A model generated the notes under the pieces. The model saw only the letters and a list, made by a program, of their open reading frames with translations, made no database searches and had not been told where the DNA came from. The translations under genes and the position numbers were made by a program. This document shows, piece by piece, positions 1-12,022 of a stretch of DNA of 64,000 nucleotides (position 1 is its first letter; the number at the start of each line of letters is the position of its first letter). The stretch is from Mobula birostris (taxonomy: Eukaryota). Where the stretch lies: the NCBI RefSeq assembly GCF_030028105.1, contig NC_092390.1, positions 16,214,507-16,278,506 of the forward strand, given 5' to 3'.

Positions 1-3000
1 CTATTGAAACCCACTGCTTCCATATCTCCAGTGTTTAGTTAATCTGCCTAAAATAGTGATTGCAGGTAAAAGAATCTGGGGAAACCTGGAATTCTGTGAC
101 CAATTTGTCCTCTGACAATGAGTTTACTTGGTAAGTTTGATATTAGATTGGCTAGTCAGTCACCTCTTGAACTTAATGTAACTTTTGAACCAAGCTGCTG
201 GTCACTATTGTAGTGACCCTGATATCTACAAAGGTGTACACATCTAAACTCCATTGCAGTATCCAGGTAATAAATATTAGAATACTTGGAGGACAAGAAA
301 TCAAGTTCATTTTCATTCAACCATACACGTGTATACCACCAAACAAAGCAATATTCCTTCAGTGCATATAACTCCAACACATTACACAAAGTCAGATTTC
401 CACAAGTGATCAAATAATAAGGTGGATATACAAAGCAAGTAAAAAAGTAAACAGTATAACGTTACTGGTGCTTCATATGTGATAAGATGTGGGTATATTT
501 AGAGCCAGGTAGGTTCTTGATTGGTAAGGAGGTTAAGGATTATGGGGAGAAGATGGGAGAATGGGATGGAAAAAATAACCAAGAAGAAATGGCCGAGTGG
601 AATGGATGTGCTGAATAACCTGACTGTGCTCCTATATCATAAGAGCTTAATGGTCTTGTGGATATTCGGGACTATTCCGAATCTGGAGTGGGAAAATAAT
701 AGCTGGAGAACTCCACAGCTTGAGCAGTGTCTGTGGTGGGAAAATGACAACATTTCTTGTCTGTCCTGATGAAGGGTTTCAACCTAAAACAACAATTCCT
801 TTCCCTCTATTTGCCAATCCAATGGACCGGAGATCCTGTAGCTCCTTTGAGAGATTTCTGGACAGATCTGAGTGTCATCGTTTCATTATTGCCATCTGAA
901 ACCTTCTGTGTTACCTTATAATCAGGTTTGCTAATGGATCTGGTTATTGAATTGAGAGCAAAGAGCTATTTGGAGGTTTTGAATTTAGTTAAAATTCTGC
1001 CTTCTATTATTTCAAGCTCCGTTACATCCAATCATGCTTTGAACAAAACCTTGCCTCTTGTATTTGGAATTGCATGGGTGTAGCCCTAGACTTCATCAAA
1101 GCTATTGTTTATCACCAGCCTTCTCAGTCTTGTGAAGACACTGGGTCTGAGTGTGTATCAACTACACTCAAGTATGAGTTTCTTTTTATTGTAAAGATCT
1201 TGATTTGTAACTTCGAGGAAGAATGATTTATTTCGTCAAAACTAAATGTTTGTTCTGTATCTACTCAGTCCAGGTTCTTGTGCTACAAGATGATGGTTAA
1301 GACTATACTACCCTTGCCCACTTCTCAGCAATCTCATCAGTTTGTTGTAAAGTTCTGATTCAGTCCTTTGGTCTGGCTCATTCATTGTTGAGTCCTTTGG
1401 TACCTTGTCATATCTTGGCTGATTTCTCACAATGACTGATTTGGATGTTCAACAGCTTGACCATGTGCTCGACCGCCGCGATTCTCTCCAAGTTGGATTG
1501 AGAAGTCCCACTACCATTGGCTGTGGGAACTGAAAAGACCCTGAGGACCTTGTTGCTCTGTAATTGTCATTTCCTGGGAAGTGTGTAGTTGGAGAGTGGC
1601 AGACGTCCCAGGTGGGAACTGCTACCTGTGTGTCACTGAAATAACTGCGTCGTAAAAGTGTGCGTGGAACGGCAGCAGAGCCTTGCTCATTGCTCCCAGG
1701 TGGCACTGAAGATCTCTGCTTACGCCTGCAAATGGTCGCTGCTCCTCTTGGAGCTTTATTTCATTACAAATTCGCCTCCCATAACTTGGCAGTTTGTGAA
1801 CTTCATGTCTCATTTTAATGATGTCTCCTGGATCCTCCTAATGGGGCCACCATTCCTCAGTTGATTTCCAATTCACCAGTTGCTACTTAAGATGCCATAA
1901 AATGTTAATGAGCTTGTGCTGCCTTTAGAAGTTAAATAATTTTCCCCAAACTGAAGGCTGCCCTTTCTCCATTGTTCTTGTGCTATCATAAACTATTAGT
2001 AATTTTCTGATCTGTAGGTCAGTTACGTCTGCACATCTTTAGTGAAGCAAAAATCTTGGTGCTTTACTGGAGTGCTATAAAATTTGACACAGCCACAGAT
2101 GACAAAACTTTGACAGGTATGTTTTATGAAGTGCTTAAAGGATAGAGATAAGATATTGGTGTGTGTGTGGGTGGGGGGGTGTCACTTCAGTGTTGCTGGC
2201 AGCTGAAAATAGAACTGCCTGTTCTAGAGCAGTTTGGTCTAAAGGAGTTCCAGGTTGAGGGCTGTAGCAAGATGGGATTTGAAGCTGGCAGTGGCGTTCC
2301 ACAGTAATTTAGGAAAGGGAAATTTAAATACACTGGGAGCCAGTGCACGTTGCTACGCATGGGTGATAAAGTACGATTTAAGATCCCAGTTGCCTCATTG
2401 GGAGACTGGAAAGCTAGCCCCAATTCCACAATCTATTTGGGCTGCATTTGGAGTATTCTGTGCAGTTCTGGTCACTGCATTACAGAAAGGATGTGGAAGC
2501 TTTGGTGAGGATGCAAAAGATGTTCATTAGGCTTAGAGAATTAAAGGAAAGGTTGGTTAAACTGTTTTCTCTGGAGCATTGGAGTCTGAGGGGTAAAATT
2601 TGTAATTCTTCCCAGAACGGAAATGTCAAGTACTGGATGAGAAAGCTTTGAAGGGAAAATGAGATGTGCAGGGCATGTTTTTGGACATAGATTGGTAGGT
2701 CCTGGAATGGGTTGCCAAGGGTGGTGGTGGTAGTGGTACTTGAGTGACATTTGGACAGGCACATGAACACAAGGAGCGGAGAGAACTGGATCATGTGCAG
2801 ACAGTTTTGGCAATGTGGTTGGCACAGGCATCGTGGGCCGTGGGGCCGGTGCTGTTCCGTACTCTGTACTGGATTGTTTCCATGATGACTCTGGGTGTTG
2901 ATTTGCTGATTGCTTTTCAGTACATAGGAAAGGATGAAGTGTATGCATCCCGCAGTATTGTATCAGCCCACATTGAGGCACTATATTAACTGGATTTTCT

Positions 3001-3011
3001 TTTATCCACAG

Positions 3012-3100
3012 GCCTCTGTGTATAAAATCTGTAAGGAGATGTATGATGATGAAATGGACGGTGACACAATGTGTGATCAGCCAGATATCATCGGTGACAG
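3012..3100 (+). CDS. OGA: O-GlcNAcase (OGA/MGEA5 or OGA-like) internal exon, ASVYKICKEMYDDEMDGDTMCDQPDIIGD
   Basis: ttatccacag|GCC acceptor and GACAG|gtgagt donor, 89 nt. Translation matches human OGA ASVYKICREMYDD..QPDLIGD. Upstream exons are not in the window. Confidence 0.9.
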
Positions 3101-4203
3101 GTGAGTATGTGTGGAGAGAGTTCAGTTGTCCCGAAATTTCATCCACTTCGTAGTCTTCTAAAGAATTATTCAGGTGCCCAAAGCGAGATTGTCTTTGCCT
3201 ATTTCATCAAATAGTTGAAGCAATCTGCCCTTTCCATCAATGCTGCGACACTGGAGGCAGAACTCGAGCCCTTCAAACGGTAGAATTTTTTTTACCCTGA
3301 TGAGTCACCTGACACAGATCTTTTTAAAATTGAAGTTTATTTTCCTCTCATCTGAAACTAATGGCTTTTAATGGGGAATGGAGTAGTTGTACATTTGCCT
3401 GATGCTGCCGCAGTGGCCTGCTAGCTAGATGCCACTAGTTAACTGTTCAGTGGCACTACCTTGGTTATCAGAATTCTGAATGATGAGTAATATGTATAAG
3501 TGGCTAAGGACCATCTATCTGATACAGCAGAACCACGTTGAGGCCACTGCTTGGGGCAAATAATACTGAGTCTGAGCTTGTCTTCATGTGTCTTCGGCCA
3601 AACTGCAAAGTTCAAAGTAAATTTACTATGGAAAGTACATATGTCACGTATACAACCTTGAGATTCCTTCACAGTAAACACAAACAAAAGAATAATAAAT
3701 CTTGAGCATGAGATGAAGAGTCCTTGAAAGTGAGTCCATAGATTGTGGGAGCAGTTCAGTGATGGTGTGAGCCAAGTTTGAGAGGCCTCTGATTTGAGAA
3801 CCTGACGGTGGATGGATGTAGATTGTTTGGGGTTCCTGTTTCTTGCTGCCAAGCATTCTTGTTCCTTTTATTGCTGTTGCCAACAGTAGAGACCTCCAAA
3901 AAACATTACCAACAGGAGCAGGAATATGTTATTCACCCCTTCCTATTCAACAACACCATGGTCTATTCAAACACATTTTCCAGCCAATTTGACCAGATCT
4001 GGATCTGTCAGTCAGTGGGAGATATCACCCTCTTTTCAAGCTATTCAGTGTTTAAACATCTTGGGCAAATTACCAGAGCAACATTGTCCATTCTTCTGTA
4101 AACAACTCCCAGTAAAAGATGGTGTCTAATTGATGTTTAGTTATTATGGATGGTGGATGTGAGTATATCTCCGCTCTATTGTGCTGTTCTTGCTGTGTTA
4201 CAG

Positions 4204-4396
4204 TTTGGTGGGCGGACTTCTCACACTGAGCCCAGATTATTGCTTCGTGTTGGAAGATGAGGGCAGTATATGTGGCTATGCCCTTGGCACGGTGGATGTG
4301 AAACCATATGCTAGAAAGTGTAAAGTTTCCTGGATACCTGCTATGCGGGAGAAATATGTTAAACCAGAAACTAATAAAGAACTCTCAGAACAACAG
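4204..4396 (+). CDS. OGA: OGA exon, pseudo-HAT domain: [64 protein letters not shown]
   Basis: ttacag| acceptor and CAG|gtaatt donor, 193 nt, phase fits the previous exon. Strong match to human [32 protein letters not shown]. Confidence 0.95.
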
Positions 4397-5879
4397 GTAA
4401 TTTCTCATTAAGTTGACTTGCTGTAAATTTATTGTTTTAAGAGAAGAAACTGCAACAATTAAAGACATTGGGTTCTTGTAAAGGCATGGCTGCAGCAGGT
4501 AACTCACAGCCCATCATGTCTGCACCAACCATGCATTAACCTTCCGTTTACACTAATTCTATTTTGTTCCCACATTTCCACATTCCCAAACCCAACTCCC
4601 AAGATTTTGCCACTCACTAAAAGACAATGTGCCACAAGAAATTCCGTACCCTTTGAAAGCTCTCCTCATGAATTGCCATGGTTCCCTGCCTAGTTGTAGG
4701 GGCTGAATACAGTTTGGCCAAATCAATGTTGCATTAAGCTTCTGTCACCTTTGAAGATTTGTGCATTTATACTGTAGACCTCTGCGACCTTGAACCCCCT
4801 TTAGAAATGAACGCTATATTTCACTACTTTATTTTTTCTATACCTTGCATATATTTTAATTTAGTTTTTATTATGTATCTCAATGTACAGGTGCTCCAAA
4901 ACATTTCACGGCATATGCCAGAGATATTAAACCTGATGCAAATTCTTAATTTTCCAACCAAAGTACATGATTTTGCGCTATTAAATTTAATCACTTACAT
5001 TGCCAACCCACCAACCTGTCCAGACCTTATTTGCCTGTCCTGCAGTTTTCCTTTCTGGTATTGTAGCCAATGAGCCTAATTCAGGGTCATATACCCTTCT
5101 CCAAGCTGGAAAAACAACCATTCACTGTGCTTTGCTAAATTATCAGGAAGATTTCCCCTGTGCCACCAACTGGCCTCTTTTAAATTATGGGCTTTTGTTT
5201 GGCTAGTAAGATTGCTTGTCATCAGTTGCTTTCTGAAGGTCTTTATCTGCATGAAGCTTGTTCTCATCAGCACAATGCTGGAGGGAACTAGAAGTCTGGT
5301 GGCACCTGTGGAAGGGAATGATCATTGTTTCAGGTCAAGACCCTTCATCTGTTTATTCCTGTCCAGAGATGCTGCTGACTTGTTGAGTTCCTCCAGTATT
5401 ATGTGCATGTTGTTCAGGATTTCCAGCACCTGCAGAATCTGTTTTTGTCTAAATCGACATCTGGTGCTTTATCATATTTTGAAATTTTGCCTCTAGACTT
5501 TATAAAGTTCAGTCACTATTTTGCAGTGGTGTTGAGTAAACAGCCATGTTCATTGATCTTTGTGGCAGAAAGCTTGGCCAAACACTGGTCTTTAGTTATC
5601 ATCTTTGTGAACTTCCCTTTCAGTGCTACAAGCCTGCGCAGCCTAATTGCACCATGTGACCAATTAACCTACTAACCTGTAGTATTTGCAATATGGAAGC
5701 AAACTAGGCCACCCGGAGGAAACCCATGTGGTGACAGGGAGATGGCAGTGGAATTAAACCTGGGAGAGTGGCGCTATAATAGTGTTACATTAATTGCTAC
5801 ACTCATGTGCCACCCAAAATTTTTGTTGCCGTAACTTGGGGTACTTCTATTCTTTGATGCTTAAGAGGGTGGCGTTTGA

Positions 5880-8020
5880 TCAATCTTCATGCCTTTCGGT
5901 GTCTTTCAGCACTCAAAAGACATCCACATTTCACACTTGGTATTAGCCAATCCATTGAGGTCTGAAGGGGGCAGTGAGTACAGTCAGTTAGGGAAGAGGC
6001 TGCAGAGTGTGACCTCCAAGGTAGTAATTTCTGCATTATTCCCAGTACCACGTGCTAGTCGGGGCAGGAACAGGGTGGTAGCACAGATGAATGAATGGGT
6101 AAGGAACTGGTAAAAGGGGCTGGGTTTCTGATTTCTGGATCATAGGGATCTCTTGTACATATAGGATGGGTTACACCTGAATTTGATTAGGACCATTCGT
6201 TATACTTGCAGGTGATGGGAGTTGTATACTCGCCCCTGAACAGTAGCTGGGATGCAGGATATAAATGTCAATGGGGAAGTAGAAAAAAGGCATGAATAAT
6301 CACGCGGAAATTTCAATGTGCAGGTAGTTTAGGAAAATCAGGTTGGTGCTGAACCTAGAGAGTAAATTTGTAGAATGCCTGAGATGACTTTTTAGAGCAG
6401 CTTGTGGTTAAGCCCACTTGGGGAATCAGCTAATCTGCAGTGGGTGTTGTGTAATAAACCAGATTCAATTAGGGAGCTAAAGGAAAGGAGATAGTGATCA
6501 TAATATAATAGGTTCCACCTTGTAGTATGAGAAGATAAATCAGATATATCTGTATTACAGTGAAGTAAATGGTTTCTTAAGGTTGTCATAGCTGGGCTGA
6601 GTAGTGGGGATGAGCTCCTTTACCCATAAAATGCTCCCAGTGGCTTGTATCTCAAATGGCCCCTGACAGCCAGGTTCGGTTTCTGACCTTCACGTGTGGC
6701 TTAGCTACTGAGCCTAGCAGAACTGACAGGAGAAGGGGCAAATGCGGGTTAATGAGGCATTAAAACCAGTTGCTTTGGGTAGATGGAGCTCATCAGCTGT
6801 AGATGGCAGCTTTATTAGAAGGAAGACTTGATCATTAAACCACAGTTGCCTTGCGGCTATACCCACTCATGGGGAAGACCAGAAGTATACCCTGGGGAAA
6901 AATCCGGATCTGGATTCCCTCAGGCAGTTGTACATTGAGTTCAATGCTGACTGGCAACACTTTGCGTTGCTGCTGTGCCAAACTGTATCGGTCCCTACCA
7001 TTCCTTTGGGTTCATCAGCTGCTTGGTGAGGGGGAGCCTGCTGCATGGGCTATAGCTTGCTCTCCGTATTGTACTGCCCTAGCTCACATATCATGTAGAC
7101 GGCTAGGACACAACGTCCATCGCTGACCCTGATCAATAGAGGGCCGATGTAAAGGAATGAGAGAGGAGCGGTTCGAGGTTGATTGGAAGGGGACACCAGT
7201 AGGGATGATGGTGGAATGATAATGGCTGGAGTTTCTGGGAGCAGTCCCCACATGCAAGAGAAATACATCTCAAAGAAAAGTATTCTAAAGGCAGCATGAA
7301 AGGAAAAGGAAGAGCATATAATATAACAAAAATTGGTGGAATGTTAAGAGGATTGGGAAGCTTTTTTAAAAAAAAAAGGCAACTAAAAACGTGAGAGAAA
7401 AGAGGAAATATGAGGGTAAGGTAGCCAAGAATATCAGAAGATACCAGATGTTTATTCAGATAGATCACAATTAAGAGGTGATAAGATATTGGTCAGACTA
7501 CACTTGGAATATTGAGCAGTTTTGGCTCCTGATCTAAGAATGTACTGGTATTGGAGAGGGTTCAGAGGAGATTCAGGAGAATGATTCCAGGAATGAAAGG
7601 GTTAACACAGGAAACATTTGGCTCTGGGCCTGTACTGTTTGGAGTTCAGAAAAATGAGGAGTGGGTGGGTGTTCTCAGTGAAACCTATCGAAAGGCCTAC
7701 ATAATGTGGATGTGGAGAGGATGTTTCCTATAGTGAGTGAGTCCAGGACCAGGCTCAGAATAGAGGCACGTCCATTTAGAAGAGATGGGAAAGGATTTCT
7801 TTCACCAGAGGGTGATGAATCTGACTTCATTGGCCAAGCTATTGAATATATATAAAGGGAAGGTTGATAGGTTCTTGGTTAGTTATGGCGTCAAAGGATG
7901 TGGAGAGAAAAAAGGCAGGAGAAAGGAGTTGAGAAGGATAATAAATCAGCTATGATGTAATGGTGGAACAGACTTGATAGGCTGAGTGGCCTAATTTTGC
8001 ACCCTTGTTTTATGGACTGT
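5880..8020 (+). mobile_element. CR1 fragments (ORF1 esterase 5880-6200, ORF2 pieces to 8020) interrupted by an RTE-like element
   Basis: VVISALFPVPRASRGRNRVVAQMNEW, LERVQRRFRRMIPGMKGL, CR1 3' UTR. Confidence 0.75.
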
Positions 8021-8126
8021 GCTGACTTTCACTTAAGTTTTATAGAATCTTTGCCATTACTCATTCTCTATGTCCTGCTAAACAGTTACATTGAGTGAGC
8101 CTTTAACTTGTCTTTGCTTCCCTCAG

Positions 8127-8286
8127 AAAATGATGCTGAGCTTCCATGAAGAGCAGCAAGGATTGCCAGAAAACTTCCTCGCCACCTTTCCCTCGCTAAT
8201 TAAAGTGGATGTCCACTCAAAGGTGACAGACCCAAGTGTGGCTAAAAGTATGATGGGCTGTTTGCTTTCTTCCTTAAAAGCCAATG
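8127..8286 (+). CDS. OGA: OGA penultimate exon: [53 protein letters not shown]
   Basis: cctcag| acceptor and AATG|gtaagg donor, 160 nt. Matches human [48 protein letters not shown]. Confidence 0.95.
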
Positions 8287-8553
8287 GTAAGGGCCAGTGT
8301 CTCCTTTACTGCAACTTCTCTGTAGGTGGTTCAGTAATCTCCTGGGTATTCATTGTTTCCTGGGGCAGGCTGTTTGCTAAGTTGGTATAATTTAAAAATT
8401 TCAAATAGAATTAAAGTAGTAAGTTACTGTGTAATTCATTACTTCACACTATTTCAATGTTATTGTGTAATACTGTCGTCTGACTTTAAATACCAGTTTT
8501 CTTAAGGAAGCTAGGAACCCCAAAAAGGTAGGAAGAGAGCGGTGAGCTGGGTG

Positions 8554-9480
8554 CAACACACATCAAAGTTGCTGGTGAACGCAGCAGGCCAGGCAGCATC
8601 TCTAGGAAGAGGTATAGTCGACGTTTCGGGCCGAGACCCCTCGTCAGGACTAACTGAAGGAAGAGCTAGTAAGAGATTTGAAAGGGGAAGGGGGAGATCC
8701 AAAATGACAGGAGAAGACAGGAGGGTGAGGGATGGAGCCAAGAGCTGGGCAGGTGATTGGCAAAAGGGACATGAGAGGATCATAGGACAGGAGGCCTAGG
8801 GAGAAGGAAAAAGAGGAGGGGGGGGAACCCAGAGGATGGGCAAGGGGTATAGTGAGAGGGAGAAAAAGGAAAGAGAGAAAGAATGTGTGTGTATATAAAA
8901 TAATGGATGGGGTACGAGGAGGAGGTGGGGCAATAGCGGAAGTTAGAGAAGTCAATGTTCATGCCGTCAGGTAGGAGGCTACCCAGACGGAATATAAGGT
9001 GGTATTCCTCCAGCCTGAGTGTGGCTTCATCTTTACAGTAGAGGAGGCTGTGGATAGACATAACAGAATGGGAAAGGGATGTGGAATTAAAATGTGTGGC
9101 CACTGGGAAATCCTGCTTTCTCTGGTGGACAGAGCGTAGGTGTTCAGCAAAACGATCTCCCAGTCTGCATCGGGTCTCGCCAATATATAGAAGGCCACAT
9201 CGGGAGCACCAGACGCAGTATATCACCCCAGCCGACTCACAGGTGAAGTGTCGCCTCACCTGGAAGGACTGTCTGGGGCCCTGAATGGTGGTGAGGGAGG
9301 AAGTGTAAGGGCATGTGTAGCACTTGTTCCGCTTACAAGGATAAGTGCCAGGAGGGAGATCAGTGGGGAGGGATGGTGGGGACGAATGGACAAGGGAGTC
9401 GCATAGGGAGCGATCCCTGCGGAATGCAGAGAGAGGGTGGAGGGAAAGATGTGCTTAGTGGTGGGATCCCGTTGGAGGTG
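8554..9480 (-). mobile_element. Penelope-like element, same family, GIY-YIG + 3' region, inserted in a V-SINE in the OGA last intron
   Basis: ORF 8780-9259 is the GIY-YIG domain, highly similar to the copy at 27080-27477. Imperfect flanking repeat (GAGCTGGGTG / GAACTGGGTG). Confidence 0.9.
8615..8652 (-). ncRNA. Minimal type I hammerhead ribozyme, canonical
   Basis: Minus strand reads UAGUC CUGACGA G GGGU-CUCG-GCCC GAA ACGU C/ GACUA: stem I UAGUC/GACUA, core CUGANGA..GAAA, stem II with tetraloop, palindromic ACGU stem III, GUC cleavage triplet. Confidence 0.85.
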
Positions 9481-11885
9481 GAACTGGGTGGCTTGTTTAG
9501 TGCTGGGGCCTATTTGTTGTATGTTGAAAATAGAAACATGTGCAATATTTCTGTGTGGATTTCCCCTGGTTGCTCCAGTTTCCTCCGATCATCAAAAGAT
9601 GTACCATTTGGTAGGTTAGTTGGTCATTGTAAATTGTCCCAGGATTGGGCTCGGATTAAGTTGGGGGATTACTGGGCAGCATGGCTCCAAGGGCCGATTC
9701 TGCACTGCATGTCAATGAATAGTTTATCATTATCTGTTGCTAGAGCTATCAGACCAAAATTCATTCAAAGTTTCAGAGTACATTTATTATCAAAGTTTCT
9801 ATGCAGAATATAATCCTGTACAAAGCCGCAAAGCCATTTAAACCCATCAAAACATCAAACACCTAATTTGCGAGAAAAGAACAAATCATGGAAATCGCAA
9901 ATAACACAGAATATTGAACATCAAATCACGGTCCACAAATGACAGCTACCAAGTCAGTTCAGCTTAGTGACCGCAGGCCTCAGCTGTAGAGCCACTTCTG
10001 CACTGAATAGCCTTGATCAAATTGCGCAAGAAACAAACACATGGAACATGAACTGCAGATTCCTCCAAAAATGAGTTCACAACTGCGGAGCATGTTCAGT
10101 GCTGAGGACATTAAATATCAAACTGCAGAATCCCATAGCCATGAGCTGCGCCAAGGCAATCGAATGGGCCACCTTCCTCTGGCAGTGGCGAATGGGAGAT
10201 TGCACCAAACCTCCGCTCATCTTCAGCTCTTGTTCTCGTTACAATCTTGCTCAACACTTCAATTGGTGAGGGGTAATAGAGCCACCCATTTCATCTTCCA
10301 CCATTGGGAAACGATGGCTGCACTCTCCACTCTCAATCCAATCAAGATGTAAATTATTGGATGTGACCAGTCGCAGTTCAGGAGAAGCATATTTAAAAGC
10401 AGAAGTAATGTTTTGAGCTGTTGGTCGCGTCGGTCACTGGCGCCATCTTGTATCTTCACATGCATTTCTGACAAAGTGGTTGAAATTATGGACTTCAGTT
10501 ATGTTGGCTCCTGTTATCTATGTAACCTTTAATACTTTGAATCCTGTAGAGAGTTTAGCTGAGATGCTTAAACATGCACTTTGTTTTGTGTTTAGGAACT
10601 CGGGCAGTGCCTGCAGCTTCCTGGTTCATAATCTAGTAGCTTATCTTGTTTGTGGTAAACAACGATTTTTTTTAGTTAATGTTAATTTAAATCATTACCC
10701 AATCTTTAGTTGCATGGCTTTTATTCAAACATTAAATATCAGGACCGCAGTCATTGGTTTACACTGTTTTAAATGCAAGGTCAATTCCTTTGGAAGTAAC
10801 AACATTGGGTTAAACTGATAACTAATACCACTGGCAGAGAAAAATTGATTCTCTCCTGCAACAAATGGTAATGACCAGTGCGTGGCTGACAGCTGACATT
10901 TCAGGGTGACAGTCTGTCAGTAAGAGTGTTCATTCTCCGCAATTCAAACCCCCCCGGCATTCTCTCTTCTCCCCTCCCCCTTTGGGCAGAAGATGCATAA
11001 GCCTGTGAATACATACCACCAGGCTTGAGGTCGAGTTCTGTGCTGCTGTTATCAGATTCTTGAACGGACATCTTGTACTTTAAGACTGACCCTTGGCCTC
11101 TCAATCTTCCTCGTTATGATCTTGCACTTTATCAGTTAGCTGCACTACACCTTTTTGGTAGCTTTTACACTATTCTCCATTGTTGTTTTACCTTTAATCT
11201 AGTTGAATGCATGTATATTCTGATCTGTATGAACAGTATGCAAGACAAGTATTTCACTATCAGTACATGTGACAATAATAAGCCCACACAAAAGCTAGGA
11301 ATCCATAAATCAATGGGCAATGGGTCTTGTGTGTCCCTAAGACAGTGTGGGGGTGGGGGGGGGGGAACTCTGGTCCTGTCACAGTCGATACAAGGATGAA
11401 CCTGCATGCACTTACATAAAATTTATTTAGCACACTTTACATAGTGAAACGTCAAGACACTTCACGAGACATTACACGGTTAAATCTAAGGTGTTGACAC
11501 AACTAACCTGAGTGCCAGTAGAGTAGTGGTTAACACAACACCTAGGTTCTATTCCTGTTGCTGCTAGTAAGGAGTTTGTGCATTCTCCCCGTGACCGTGT
11601 GGATTCCCTCTGGGTGCTCTGGTTTCCTCCCAGTCCAAAGACATACTGGTTGGTAGGTGAACTGGTCATTCTAAACTGTCTCATGACTAGGCTAGGGTTA
11701 AATCAGGGGTTGCTGGGTGGCACAGGTCATCGGGCCAGAACGGCCTGTCCCACACTGGCTATTAAATGGTGTCACTGAAGCCTTCTGAGGTCAGCAGGGG
11801 TGAGCGGTTCGTCTCCTGCATGTGAATGTTGGTGATGCCATTTTCCACTGCCAGCTGTAAACACTATTGTTTTCTTCCCATTCAG

Positions 11886-12022
11886 GATCTCGAGGAGCGT
11901 TCTGTGAAGTAAGACCCAACGACAGGCGTGGTTTGGAGTTCTACAGCAAACTGGGCTTCCTGGAGTTGGCCAGGATGGAGGGATTTCCAAAAGAGATGTT
12001 GGTGCTGGGAAGGAATTTGTAA
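11886..12022 (+). CDS. OGA: OGA terminal coding exon: [45 protein letters not shown]
   Basis: ttcccattcag| acceptor, 137 nt ending in TAA. Matches the human C-terminus [39 protein letters not shown]. Confidence 0.95.

Noticed and set aside
66-130. Exon-like segment (cag| .. |gtaagt) encoding VKESGETWNSVTNLSSDNEFT
   Set aside because: No similarity to OGA, weak pyrimidine tract, and 65 nt is not frame-preserving.
2541-3146. 201-aa minus-strand ORF
   Set aside because: Antisense to an OGA exon and to CR1/SINE fragments; no coherent protein signature.
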